From positions 157,760 to 221,759 of the forward strand of contig CAVOYH010000004.1 of NCBI GenBank assembly GCA_963700635.1: a stretch of 64,000 bases of DNA, in the 5' to 3' direction. Below the pieces are notes generated by a model that was given only the letters and a program-made list of their open reading frames with translations, had not been told where the DNA came from and did no database searches. This stretch comes from an uncultured Bacteroidota bacterium (GTDB taxonomy: Bacteria > Bacteroidota > Ignavibacteria > UBA10030 > UBA6906). Position 1 is the stretch's first letter, and every line of letters begins with the position of its first letter. The translations under genes and the position numbers were made by a program. Shown in pieces: positions 27,487-36,974 of the stretch.

Positions 27487-29346
27487 ATGCGTATTCCCGA
27501 GACGACCATTGATGAGATCCGCAACGCAACCGACATCGTCGAGGTGATCGGTGCCTATGCCCGATTAAAAAAGCGCGGCAAGAACTACATCGGACTCTGT
27601 CCGTTCCATCAGGAAAAAACCCCGTCGTTTACTGTCAGCGCCGAGAAACAGATGTTCCATTGCTTCGGTTGCGGCGTGGGCGGGAATGTGTTCACATTTT
27701 TGATGGAGCACGACAAACTTTCGTTCATAGAAGCGGTTCGCACACTTGCCGACCGCGCCGGAATCCGGTTGCCCGAAGAGGGAAGAGACGACCGGGAGGA
27801 AATCACCGAACAGGAGAAGCTCCTGAGCCTCTGCCGCGCTGCAGCTCTCCGGTTTCATGACAACCTGATGACAAGCGTTGAGGGAAGCATCGCCCGGGAG
27901 TATTTTCGTCACCGGGGCCTCACCGATGCGACCATTGCAGCATTCGGCCTGGGGTATTCGATGAACTCCTGGGATGATTTCCTCTCCTATGCACGGCGGG
28001 AGGGGTTTGACCCGGTGTACCTCGAGAAGGCGGGATTGATCGTGCGCCGTGACGACGGATCCGGGTTTTACGACCGGTTCCGCGGGCGAGCGATGTTTCC
28101 GATTTTCTCGCCGACCGGCCGCCCGATCGCCTTCGGCGCCCGGAAGGTGCGCGAGGACGACCCGCTTGCCAAATATATCAATTCGCCGGAAACGCCGGTG
28201 TATAACAAGAGCCGGGTATTATATGGTCTCTCCCAGGCAAAAGACGCCATCCGCGACAAGGATTTTGCGCTGCTCGTGGAGGGCTATATGGACCTCATCA
28301 CACTTCACCAGGCAGGCTTCCAGCATGTTGTGGCATCCAGCGGTACGGCGTTAACGACGGAACAAATTCAATTGCTGGGCCGGTACACAAAACACATTAC
28401 GCTTGTCTATGACGCCGACTCTGCCGGCTCAAAAGCCGCACTGCGGGGTGGAGATCTGGTTCTGGAACAGGATATTGATGTTCGTGTGGCCGAACTCCCT
28501 GCAGGCGAAGACCCGGACTCCTTTATCCGGAAGCAAGGACCAAAGGCGTTCCAGGCTATACTTGACGGCGCGGTGTCATTTCTTGAATTCCGGGCCATTC
28601 AGCTTGAAGCGGCGGGCGCGTTTTCCACGCCGGATGGGAAGGCGCAGGCAATCCGAACCCTGGTAGAGACGGTTGCGCGGATGCGAGATGAACTGAAGCG
28701 GACCTTTTTTATCAAGCGTCTGGCGGAGCAGTACGATATCTACGAAAGTGTGTTGTTCCGCGAACTGGAAAGCGTGCTCGGAAAGCAACAACAGGCGAGC
28801 AGGGTTGAGCGAAACATCCCGCGCTCTGCTCCGGCGGAGACCCCGCCGCCAGCTCACCGCGTGGTGCAGAACCAGAGTATCCCACCTGCCGAACGGGACC
28901 TTCTGAAACTGATGCTTGAACACGGCAGTGCCATGGTGCGTTACGTTCGGGAACTGATCGATCCTGCACAGTTCACATCCACGACCGCCCGGTCGATCCT
29001 TGCCGTGCTTCTGGATCACGACGAGGCGGGGGAATTCTGGGATGCCGGTATGATTATGGATGATCTGCAGGATGCCTCGCTGAAACGTATCGTGACGGAA
29101 CTGATGATCTCGCGCTATGAGATCAGCAAGGGCTGGCAGGAAATGGGTTCTGAACCTGCGCTGCCCGACCCGCGGAGCATGGCGTCTGACTGTATCGCCA
29201 GGATGCAGCTTCTCTCTCTGGACGAGCGTATTGCGGAAACGTATCGTCTGATGAAAGACTCTGAGCTGCGGGGGGAAGACAGCACGGAGTTCCAGCAGGA
29301 GATTATGCGGATGCAGCGGGCCAGGAAGGATGTGCGGGGGCGTTGA
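27487..29346 (+). CDS. dnaG: DNA primase
   Basis: Zinc-ribbon CPFHQEKTPSFTVSAEKQMFHCFGCGVGGNVFTF and TOPRIM LVEGYMDLITLHQAG...VYDADSAG. Confidence 0.92.
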   Translation: MRIPETTIDEIRNATDIVEVIGAYARLKKRGKNYIGLCPFHQEKTPSFTVSAEKQMFHCFGCGVGGNVFTFLMEHDKLSFIEAVRTLADRAGIRLPEEGRDDREEITEQEKLLSLCRAAALRFHDNLMTSVEGSIAREYFRHRGLTDATIAAFGLGYSMNSWDDFLSYARREGFDPVYLEKAGLIVRRDDGSGFYDRFRGRAMFPIFSPTGRPIAFGARKVREDDPLAKYINSPETPVYNKSRVLYGLSQAKDAIRDKDFALLVEGYMDLITLHQAGFQHVVASSGTALTTEQIQLLGRYTKHITLVYDADSAGSKAALRGGDLVLEQDIDVRVAELPAGEDPDSFIRKQGPKAFQAILDGAVSFLEFRAIQLEAAGAFSTPDGKAQAIRTLVETVARMRDELKRTFFIKRLAEQYDIYESVLFRELESVLGKQQQASRVERNIPRSAPAETPPPAHRVVQNQSIPPAERDLLKLMLEHGSAMVRYVRELIDPAQFTSTTARSILAVLLDHDEAGEFWDAGMIMDDLQDASLKRIVTELMISRYEISKGWQEMGSEPALPDPRSMASDCIARMQLLSLDERIAETYRLMKDSELRGEDSTEFQQEIMRMQRARKDVRGR

Positions 29347-29376
29347 TATTCAGCCGGAACGGGGGTATATTGTGGT

Positions 29377-30471
29377 GTGACGCACCCGGAGCCCCTTCTG
29401 TTGAGTGAACCTCAGAGAATTCTCATAGTCCGCACCGATCGCCTCGGTGACGTCATTCTTACCCTTCCGATGCTTGCCCTCCTGCGATCACGCTACCCGA
29501 CGGCAGTTCTGGGGATGCTCCTGAGCACCTATACCGGCCAGCTTGTGCGTGGACACCGCCACGCGGACACGCTCATCTGGTACGATCGCGACGGTGTGCC
29601 TCGTCCGGCCCGTGAACTCCTCCGCGAAATCCACAGTCATCAGTTCGATACGGTGTTTGTGGTACATCCGACACCACGCCTTGCATGGCTCATGTATCGT
29701 GCAGGAATTCCGGTGCGCATTGGAACCGGGTACCGTTTCTACTCGTTTTTGTTCACGAAGAGGGTATTTGAACACCGGAAGGATGCGAGGTTTCACGAGC
29801 TTGAATACAATGTTCGACTCCTCAAGGTCCTGGATCCCGAATTTACGGAAGAGGGACTACAACCAGATTTTGGTATCACAGTCGATCCCGGAGCGGTCGC
29901 GGGTGTGCAGAGCCGGCTGGCTGAGCTCGGAGTCCGGCCCGGTGAACGCCTGGTGGTCCTTCACCCGGGCAGCGGGGGATCTGCCAGAGACTGGCCCCTG
30001 GAGAGGTTTGCTCTCCTGGGGGGACGTCTGGCCCACGATGAGGGTGTGCGGCTGGTCGTAACCGGAGGTAAAGGGGAGGAGTCCGTCACCCGAAATCTGG
30101 CGGATCGTGTAGGGGGTGCTACGGTCTCTTTCTCAGGTACGCTCACGCTTCCGGAATTGGCGGCGCTTCTGGCGCAGGCCTCGCTGGTGGTGGCGAATTC
30201 CACAGGCCCCCTTCATCTTGCCTCCGCCCTGGGCACGCCTGTGGTGGGAATCTACCCCCAGCTGACCGCGATGAGTCCGCGCCGCTGGGGACCGTATGGA
30301 CCTGTGAAAAGAGTGCTTGTCCCGGCTGAACCGGCGGATTGCCGGAAATGCCGGAACGGCAAGCGTTGCACCTGCATGGACACGATCTCCGTGGACGAGG
30401 TGTACGATGTTTCACAAGAGATACTTCAACAGACTTCGAACCAGGGAAGGCGGAACAGTGCACATGCGTAA
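29377..30471 (+). CDS. Glycosyltransferase family 9 (LPS heptosyltransferase-like)
   Basis: GTG start. ILIVRTDRLGDVILTLPM N-terminus and ANSTGPLHLASALGTPVVGIY C-terminal block. Confidence 0.8.
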   Translation: MTHPEPLLLSEPQRILIVRTDRLGDVILTLPMLALLRSRYPTAVLGMLLSTYTGQLVRGHRHADTLIWYDRDGVPRPARELLREIHSHQFDTVFVVHPTPRLAWLMYRAGIPVRIGTGYRFYSFLFTKRVFEHRKDARFHELEYNVRLLKVLDPEFTEEGLQPDFGITVDPGAVAGVQSRLAELGVRPGERLVVLHPGSGGSARDWPLERFALLGGRLAHDEGVRLVVTGGKGEESVTRNLADRVGGATVSFSGTLTLPELAALLAQASLVVANSTGPLHLASALGTPVVGIYPQLTAMSPRRWGPYGPVKRVLVPAEPADCRKCRNGKRCTCMDTISVDEVYDVSQEILQQTSNQGRRNSAHA

Positions 30472-31471
30472 GTTTGCCCGATCAGAGTTTATGCCTCGTT
30501 TGGTACGACGGGTGCTCCCTCTGGTTCTCGTAACAGCAGGTATCGTGTTCTTTCTTGCTGCACAAACGCAAAAGACAACCCGAAAGCCTGTTCGCCCCGC
30601 CAGCCGTGCACAGGCTGCGGCAGCCAGGGCTGACAGCCTCAGACGGTTACACATTGCAGATTCGCTTCGCACCGTTGCACGCGCTGCATTTGTTGCTGAT
30701 TCGGCGCGAACGGCGGATTCTCTTGTTCTTCATCAGGCGGCGCTCCAGCGCGCCTCCACCTTTCGCACGATTCGTAATGAGGCTTTCGGTGTGGGCGAAC
30801 GGTTGGTGTTTGATGTGAATTTCGGATTCATCACGGCCGGCGAAGCCGTGATGGCCGTCGCCCGGTTTGATTCAGTCGCCGGGCGCAAGTGTTTCCGGAT
30901 CGAGTTCTCGGTCAATTCACTCCCCAGTTTCTCCTGGATTTACAAGGTGGAAGATCGGTATCTCACGTTTATTGATGTTGAATCAATCGCGCCCTGGCGG
31001 TTCGAGCAACATATCCGTGAAGGATCATACGTGCGCGATTTTGTGGCCGATTTTGACCATCGTAATAAGGTCGCCAGAACTACCGAGGGAGAATTTCCTA
31101 TCCCTCCGTATGTGCATGATATCCTCTCCGCGTTCTACTATGCGCGCACGGTGGATTACACAGGCCTGAAAACAGGCGACACGCTGATGCTCCATAACTT
31201 CTACAAAGACAAAAGTTACGAGCTCGTGATCAGGGTCCTGGGCCGGCAGGAACTTGAAGTGGGAGCAGGGACCTTCCGCACCATTGTGGTAGAGCCGCTC
31301 GTGAAAGAAGGCGGGCTGTTCAAGAGTGAGGGACGGATCGTGATCTGGTTGACCGATGACGAACGGAAGATCCCCGTCCGTGTGAACACGAAAGTCATCA
31401 TTGGTTCCATTGATACAGAACTCCGGGAGTACTCCGGCATCGCAGGGCAGCTTCGTGCCCGGATCCGTTGA
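30464..31471 (+). CDS. DUF3108-family protein with an N-terminal signal anchor
   Basis: Start placed at ATG 30464 (MRKFARSEFMPRLVRRVLPLVLV). GERLVFDVNFGFITAGEAVMAV...VHDILSAFYYAR...IVIWLTDDERKIPVRV matches the DUF3108 pattern. Confidence 0.72.
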   Translation: MRKFARSEFMPRLVRRVLPLVLVTAGIVFFLAAQTQKTTRKPVRPASRAQAAAARADSLRRLHIADSLRTVARAAFVADSARTADSLVLHQAALQRASTFRTIRNEAFGVGERLVFDVNFGFITAGEAVMAVARFDSVAGRKCFRIEFSVNSLPSFSWIYKVEDRYLTFIDVESIAPWRFEQHIREGSYVRDFVADFDHRNKVARTTEGEFPIPPYVHDILSAFYYARTVDYTGLKTGDTLMLHNFYKDKSYELVIRVLGRQELEVGAGTFRTIVVEPLVKEGGLFKSEGRIVIWLTDDERKIPVRVNTKVIIGSIDTELREYSGIAGQLRARIR

Positions 31472-31494
31472 CAGAAGTTCAGACAGGAGATAGT

Positions 31495-32454
31495 ATGGTA
31501 CGACATCCGCGCGCCGATCTCTCACGGGTCCGGACAATATCCATCCGGGCGCGGAAGAGCAAGGTAACACCTGAGCAGTTCGCTGTTCCCTTCCAGAAGG
31601 ACAAGGATTCCTTTGCCCGTTTTGTCAAGGGCATGCCGGACATTCTCGTAGCACGGGATTTGCGCCTTCTGGTGGACGACATTGTGCGCAGCGCGCGCAA
31701 ACGGAAGCCGGTGGTTGTCATGATCGGGGGACACGTCATCAAGGTGGGCCTTGCGCCGGTCCTCATCGATCTGATGCGCCGCAAGGTCATAACCGCCGTG
31801 GCAATGAACAGCGCCGCGGCGATTCACGATGTGGAAACTGCGCTCTGGGGAAAAACATCGGAAGATGTGGCGGCGAACATGATGGATGGCCGGTTTGGCA
31901 TGGCGAGGGAGACAGCGGAATTTATCAACGGGACGCTTCTGGAGGCCAGCCGCGGGCCGGATCAGGGGTATGGTGAGGCCCTCGGAGCCAGACTGGCTGC
32001 GGTAAAAGCACAATACCGGAAGGTCAGCCTTCTTGCAAGTGCCTATACCCTGGGCATTCCGGCCACCGTGCATGCTGCGATTGGAACCGATACGATTCAT
32101 CAGCAGCCGACGATGGACGGTGGCGTCACCGGGGAGATGTCGTTCCGGGACTTCCGGACTCTCTGCGCAGTGTGCGGGCGGCTTACAAAAGACGGGGTAG
32201 TGCTCAACATAGGGAGCGCAGTGATCCTGCCGGAAGTGTTCCTCAAGGCACTGACGGTGGCCCGCAATCTGGGTGCGCGTGCGAAGGGGTTTACAACCGC
32301 GGTGTTTGACATGAACGCCCATTATCGACCCACGATGAATGTCCAACGTCGTCCCACACAGGATGGAGGAAAGGGGTTGTACATCATCGGGCATCACGAG
32401 ATCATGGTGCCCTTGCTCGGCGCAATGATCGTTTCCAGAATGCGCCATGAGTAA
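31495..32454 (+). CDS. Hypothetical protein with weak deoxyhypusine-synthase-fold resemblance
   Basis: ATG 31495 is preceded by AGGAGA (31485-31490). PVVVMIGGHVIKVGLAPVLIDLMRRKVITAVAMNSAAAIHDVE resembles the DHS nucleotide-binding core. I could not find an equivalent of the catalytic Lys. Confidence 0.35.
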   Translation: MVRHPRADLSRVRTISIRARKSKVTPEQFAVPFQKDKDSFARFVKGMPDILVARDLRLLVDDIVRSARKRKPVVVMIGGHVIKVGLAPVLIDLMRRKVITAVAMNSAAAIHDVETALWGKTSEDVAANMMDGRFGMARETAEFINGTLLEASRGPDQGYGEALGARLAAVKAQYRKVSLLASAYTLGIPATVHAAIGTDTIHQQPTMDGGVTGEMSFRDFRTLCAVCGRLTKDGVVLNIGSAVILPEVFLKALTVARNLGARAKGFTTAVFDMNAHYRPTMNVQRRPTQDGGKGLYIIGHHEIMVPLLGAMIVSRMRHE

Positions 32455-33367
32455 GAATCCCGGGGAACCACTTCCTGTGCACGAAGGCCCGACAAGGCCA
32501 CTCCCATTTTTCCGCAGGATTCATGGTATTCCGTTCGTCCTGATTTCCCTTGCAAGCGTATTCTTCCTCTATCAGATTATCGCAGGGGGCGTAACCCTGC
32601 TCCTTGCAGGCGGGTCCATCACGGAGAATACCGTGCAATGGGTACGCTGGTCAACGCTTATCGGGCAGCTGCTGTTTATTCTTGTGCCAACGCTCGTGCT
32701 GACGCACCTGCGGTACGGGAGTATCATGCAGCCGTTGCGGCTCCGGCCGCCTGATCTGTCACAGCTTCTGGTCGTACTGGTGGGAATTTTCGCGTTGCAG
32801 CAGGTGTTGCAGGGATACATGCTGGTGCAGGACCTGATCCCGTTACCTGCCGGGGTGCAGCGGTGGGTGGACATGATCAAAGATATGTTTGAAGCGACGT
32901 ACCGCCTGCTCGTCACGGCCAAGACCCCCGGGGAGTTACTACTGGTGGTCTTCACCGTGGCCGTCGTCCCGGCGATTGCAGAGGAATTGCTGTTCAGGGG
33001 GCTCGTTCAGCGCGACCTGGAAACGCTGGTGAGCGGCAGGACAAGCGCAGTGATCGCAGGCGTGATATTTGCCCTGTATCACATGAATCCGTTCAGTCTT
33101 GTCCCTCTTGTCACGCTCGGTATCGTGTTTGGCCTGATTGTCTATCGCTCCGGCAATATCACGCTTGCCATGGCCGCACATTTTATGAACAACTTTGTCG
33201 CGAGCATCGCTCTGTATCTGAATGTCGATGAAGATTTTCTGGTCACATCACCCGAAGGTGTGGGGAGTGCAGGCGACGTGGTGTTGAATACCTTCGTGTT
33301 TCTCATGGTTTTTGTGGGGGCAATGTACTACTTTATTCGCATTACCAGGACATCTCACGCTGTTTAG
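32447..33367 (+). CDS. CPBP-family intramembrane metalloprotease (CAAX protease / Abi)
   Basis: AEELLFRGLVQ, FALYHMN and AAHFMNN motifs in a multi-TM protein. Confidence 0.82.
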   Translation: MSKNPGEPLPVHEGPTRPLPFFRRIHGIPFVLISLASVFFLYQIIAGGVTLLLAGGSITENTVQWVRWSTLIGQLLFILVPTLVLTHLRYGSIMQPLRLRPPDLSQLLVVLVGIFALQQVLQGYMLVQDLIPLPAGVQRWVDMIKDMFEATYRLLVTAKTPGELLLVVFTVAVVPAIAEELLFRGLVQRDLETLVSGRTSAVIAGVIFALYHMNPFSLVPLVTLGIVFGLIVYRSGNITLAMAAHFMNNFVASIALYLNVDEDFLVTSPEGVGSAGDVVLNTFVFLMVFVGAMYYFIRITRTSHAV

Positions 33368-33379
33368 GATGAGAAGCGC

Positions 33380-34330
33380 ATGGCAATCAGCAATCTTACA
33401 ACACGGGTGCTTGTTGCACTTGTTGGCATTCCGGCGGTCGTCGTCGCCACGCTTATCGGAGGATACCTCTTTTTTGTGCTCGTCTTGACGATTTCACTTT
33501 TTGCCCTCAGGGAGTTTTATGCTCTGGCCCGGGCCAAAGGCTCCTCGCCGCAGCCGGTGCCAGGATACCTGATGGGGGTTCTCATGCTCTCAGTGTTCAT
33601 GTACGATCGTCTTCATGTTGCGATACTCTCAGTGTTTCACAGCCGGGGTATGTCCGTTCCGTTTCCCACAATGGCGCAGGAGTTTCTGATTCTGCTCCTG
33701 ATATGTGTTCCTCTTATTATCGTTCTGGAACTGTTTCGCGGCAAAGAACAGCCGCTGTTCAACATCGCCGTGACCATTATGGGAGCGCTGTACGTGTCCT
33801 TGTTCTTCGGCAGTCTGGTTGGCCTGCGCGAACTGTTTGTTCCCGCAGACTTCCCTGTGTATGCCCACTTTTCAATCATAGGAGCGGCTGTTCCGGCTGA
33901 GGTTGTCTCGACAATATACGGATGGGGGGGATGGACCGTTCTCACGTTTTTTATTGCCGTCTGGGTTTGTGATTCGGCTGCCTATTTTGCCGGAAGGGCA
34001 TTCGGACGTCACAAACTCTTTGAACGCGTGAGCCCCAAAAAGACCTGGGAGGGTGCTGCTGCCGGTTTTGTGGGAGCGGTCGTGGCATTCCTGCTTATGA
34101 AGGCGTTAGTCCTGCCCTATCTGACCGTCACGCAGAGTCTTGTGTGCGGGTCCCTGGTCGGGCTCTTCGGGCAGCTCGGCGATCTTGCGGAGTCATTGCT
34201 CAAACGTGACGCAGGTGTCAAGGACTCTTCCACGATGATTCCAGGGCATGGGGGTGTACTCGACAGGTTCGACAGCGTCATGATGGCGTCTCCGTTTCTT
34301 TTTCTGTATCTCGACTTTATAGTGTTTTGA
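33380..34330 (+). CDS. cdsA: Phosphatidate cytidylyltransferase
   Basis: DSAAYFAGRAFGRHKLFERVSPKKTWEGAAAG and IPGHGGVLDRFDS signature blocks. Confidence 0.88.
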   Translation: MAISNLTTRVLVALVGIPAVVVATLIGGYLFFVLVLTISLFALREFYALARAKGSSPQPVPGYLMGVLMLSVFMYDRLHVAILSVFHSRGMSVPFPTMAQEFLILLLICVPLIIVLELFRGKEQPLFNIAVTIMGALYVSLFFGSLVGLRELFVPADFPVYAHFSIIGAAVPAEVVSTIYGWGGWTVLTFFIAVWVCDSAAYFAGRAFGRHKLFERVSPKKTWEGAAAGFVGAVVAFLLMKALVLPYLTVTQSLVCGSLVGLFGQLGDLAESLLKRDAGVKDSSTMIPGHGGVLDRFDSVMMASPFLFLYLDFIVF

Positions 34331-34334
34331 AGGG

Positions 34335-35657
34335 TTGGTGATGGTGAAGCGAGTCCGTGCGGGTGGTGCAGGCAGGCCCAGCGTCCATGTGATTACCATG
34401 GGGTGCGCGAAGAACACCGTTGATTCCGAAAAACTGCTGGCACAGTTGCGGATCAACCGGATTCCTATTGCCGGTTCCATCGAAGACGCCGATGTAGCGG
34501 TGATCAATACGTGCGGGTTTATCGACGCTGCCAAAGAAGAGTCGATTGACATGATCATTGCAAACGTGAAGCGGAAGGGGAAGGGCCGACTCCGCAAAGT
34601 GCTTGCGATGGGATGCCTCACCGAGAGGTACCGGGTGGATCTGGAACGGGAGATTCCCGAAGTTGACCGGTTCTTTGGTTCGCATCAGTTGGCTGATGTT
34701 ATCGAAGAGCTGGGCGGTCATCTCCGGAAAGAGCTCCTCGGTGAACGTTTGTTGACCACCCCCTCGCATACGGCCTATCTGAAGATCTCGGAGGGGTGCG
34801 ACCATCCCTGTTCTTTTTGCGCCATCCCGCAGATGCGGGGGACGCACGTCAGCCGGCCCATGAAAGAGATCATGGCAGAGGCCCGTCTTCTTGCCGAGGG
34901 GGGGGTGAAGGAGCTGGTGGTAATCGGACAGGACACGACATATTACGGGATGGACCGATGGGGCGAACGGAGACTTGCCCGATTGCTGGAACAGCTGACG
35001 TCTGTGGATGGCATTGAATGGATCCGCCTCATGTACGCCTATCCCGCCCACTTCCCGTTGGATGTGTTCGATGTTATGGCTGAGAATGACCGCATCTGCA
35101 ACTATATTGACATGCCGGTGCAGCACGCTTCCGAAACCGTGCTCAAATCCATGCGCCGGGGAATGTCAGCCCGCACGCTGAGGGAGGTCATAACACAGGC
35201 CAGGACGCGTGTTCCCGGTATTTGCCTTCGCACGACGCTTATTGTGGGCTATCCTGATGAAGGCGAAAAGGAATTTGAGGAACTTCTCTCCTTCGTCAGG
35301 GAAACCCGGTTTGACCGTCTGGGAGTTTTTACGTATTCCCGGGAGGAAGGCACAACAGCCCATCCGCTGGGCGATCCGGTGTCTCCATCAGAAAAAGAGA
35401 GGAGAAGGGGAGCAGTGATGGAGGCTCAGAGGGAGGTCTCGGAGGCCAAAAACGGGGCGCTGATAGGGTCAAATCAGCATGTGCTTGTAGATCGCGAGGA
35501 AGGGGGAACGTTTTACGGGAGAACCAGAATGGATGCTCCGGAAATCGACAATGAGGTGATCCTGCCCCCCAATCCGGCCTTGTTGGTGGGGAGCTTTTAC
35601 GACGCCGTAATTGTTGATGCTTATGAGTATGATCTTATTGGAAGGGTAACTTCATGA
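34335..35657 (+). CDS. rimO: Ribosomal protein S12 methylthiotransferase
   Basis: MTTase N-domain ITMGCAKNTVDSEKLL..VINTCGFIDAAKEES, radical-SAM EGCDHPCSFCAIP, and a C-terminal TRAM domain. Confidence 0.85.
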   Translation: MVMVKRVRAGGAGRPSVHVITMGCAKNTVDSEKLLAQLRINRIPIAGSIEDADVAVINTCGFIDAAKEESIDMIIANVKRKGKGRLRKVLAMGCLTERYRVDLEREIPEVDRFFGSHQLADVIEELGGHLRKELLGERLLTTPSHTAYLKISEGCDHPCSFCAIPQMRGTHVSRPMKEIMAEARLLAEGGVKELVVIGQDTTYYGMDRWGERRLARLLEQLTSVDGIEWIRLMYAYPAHFPLDVFDVMAENDRICNYIDMPVQHASETVLKSMRRGMSARTLREVITQARTRVPGICLRTTLIVGYPDEGEKEFEELLSFVRETRFDRLGVFTYSREEGTTAHPLGDPVSPSEKERRRGAVMEAQREVSEAKNGALIGSNQHVLVDREEGGTFYGRTRMDAPEIDNEVILPPNPALLVGSFYDAVIVDAYEYDLIGRVTS

Positions 35658-36973
35658 CAACCATCGGGCGATCATCAAACCGTCTTCTTCGAATCGTTGG
35701 GATGGCCATGTGCCTCTACACAGCGGATACGGCTGCCCAGGTGGAGGTAAGTGGCGTGGTCCCCGATCCCATGGGTCAATCCTTTTTTATTGATGCCATT
35801 GCTTTTGCTGGACGGGACGGCCAGAGCAGCCGCCTCGACGTTTTTGCCATGGTTGGGTATGATATTCTGAGCTTTGTGAAGAGTAACGATCTGTATGATG
35901 CCTCCTATGAGATGACCATCTCCATTTTTGATTCGTCCAACACGCTTATCAGCGAAAAACTGTGGACGGAGGACATCAAAAGTGTTCCCTTTGAACGGTC
36001 TGTCTCTCCCGGGGCCATGAGCATCACGCAAAGAGTTTTTACCCTTGCGCCGGGCCGCTACGCCGTGCGGGCAGTCATGAGGGACAGGGAGAGCAAGGCC
36101 TCCCGGCAGATCGTCCGTCAATTGCTGGTATCCGACTATGCCGCCTCTGACTTTAGCATAAGTGACATCATGCTGCTCAGCCGGGTCTCGATGCAGGGTG
36201 GGCGCCGCTCCATTACACCGAGTGTCTCACCCAATATCGCACTCCTCCCTGATGCCTTCTTCATGTACCTCGAGGTGTACAATACGCGCTCACTGGACTC
36301 CGTCTCGTTCGTCAGTGCCATTCTGGACAAGAAAGGGGACCCGGTGTTCTCGGCCGATACGCTGGTGGTTCTCAATCCCGACCGCAACGAACTTATTCTG
36401 CGGGTTGCTCATGGAAATCTCCCCATCGGCGACTACCGACTGATTGTGAGCGCGCGTGACATCCATGCGGCCGAAGATGACCGGTCGCTGGCATCCACCA
36501 ACCGGACGGTTGTTGTACGGTGGCAGGGGCTCCCCCGCTCGATCAAGGATATGGACCTTGCCATCGAACAGTTGCGGTACATTGCCAAGGATGACGAGTT
36601 CTCCATTCTCAAAAATGCAGTCACTCCCGAAGAGAAACAGGCCAGGTTCCAGGAGTTCTGGAAGAAACGGGATCCTAATCCCAACACACCGCGAAATGAA
36701 AAGATGGAAGACTACTACGCGCGGATCGAGTATGCAAACAAGCACTTTAGTCACTACATTGAAGGGTGGCGGACGGATATGGGGATGATCTATATCATCT
36801 TCGGCGCGCCCAACAATGTCGACCGCCATCCGTTCGAAGTCGATTCCAAACCATACGAAGTGTGGGCGTACTACGATCTCAACTATAACATCATTTTCGT
36901 GGATGAAACGGGGTTTGGCGACTACCGCCTTCAAACTCCGATTTGGGAAATCTGGCAGCGGGTGCGCAACTGA
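35654..36973 (+). CDS. GWxTD-domain protein (secreted)
   Basis: N-terminal signal sequence. C-terminal FWKKRDPNPNTPRNE...HFSHYIEGWRTDMGMIYIIFGAPNNVD contains the literal GWRTD motif. Confidence 0.8.
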   Translation: MTTIGRSSNRLLRIVGMAMCLYTADTAAQVEVSGVVPDPMGQSFFIDAIAFAGRDGQSSRLDVFAMVGYDILSFVKSNDLYDASYEMTISIFDSSNTLISEKLWTEDIKSVPFERSVSPGAMSITQRVFTLAPGRYAVRAVMRDRESKASRQIVRQLLVSDYAASDFSISDIMLLSRVSMQGGRRSITPSVSPNIALLPDAFFMYLEVYNTRSLDSVSFVSAILDKKGDPVFSADTLVVLNPDRNELILRVAHGNLPIGDYRLIVSARDIHAAEDDRSLASTNRTVVVRWQGLPRSIKDMDLAIEQLRYIAKDDEFSILKNAVTPEEKQARFQEFWKKRDPNPNTPRNEKMEDYYARIEYANKHFSHYIEGWRTDMGMIYIIFGAPNNVDRHPFEVDSKPYEVWAYYDLNYNIIFVDETGFGDYRLQTPIWEIWQRVRN

Positions 36974-36974
36974 C

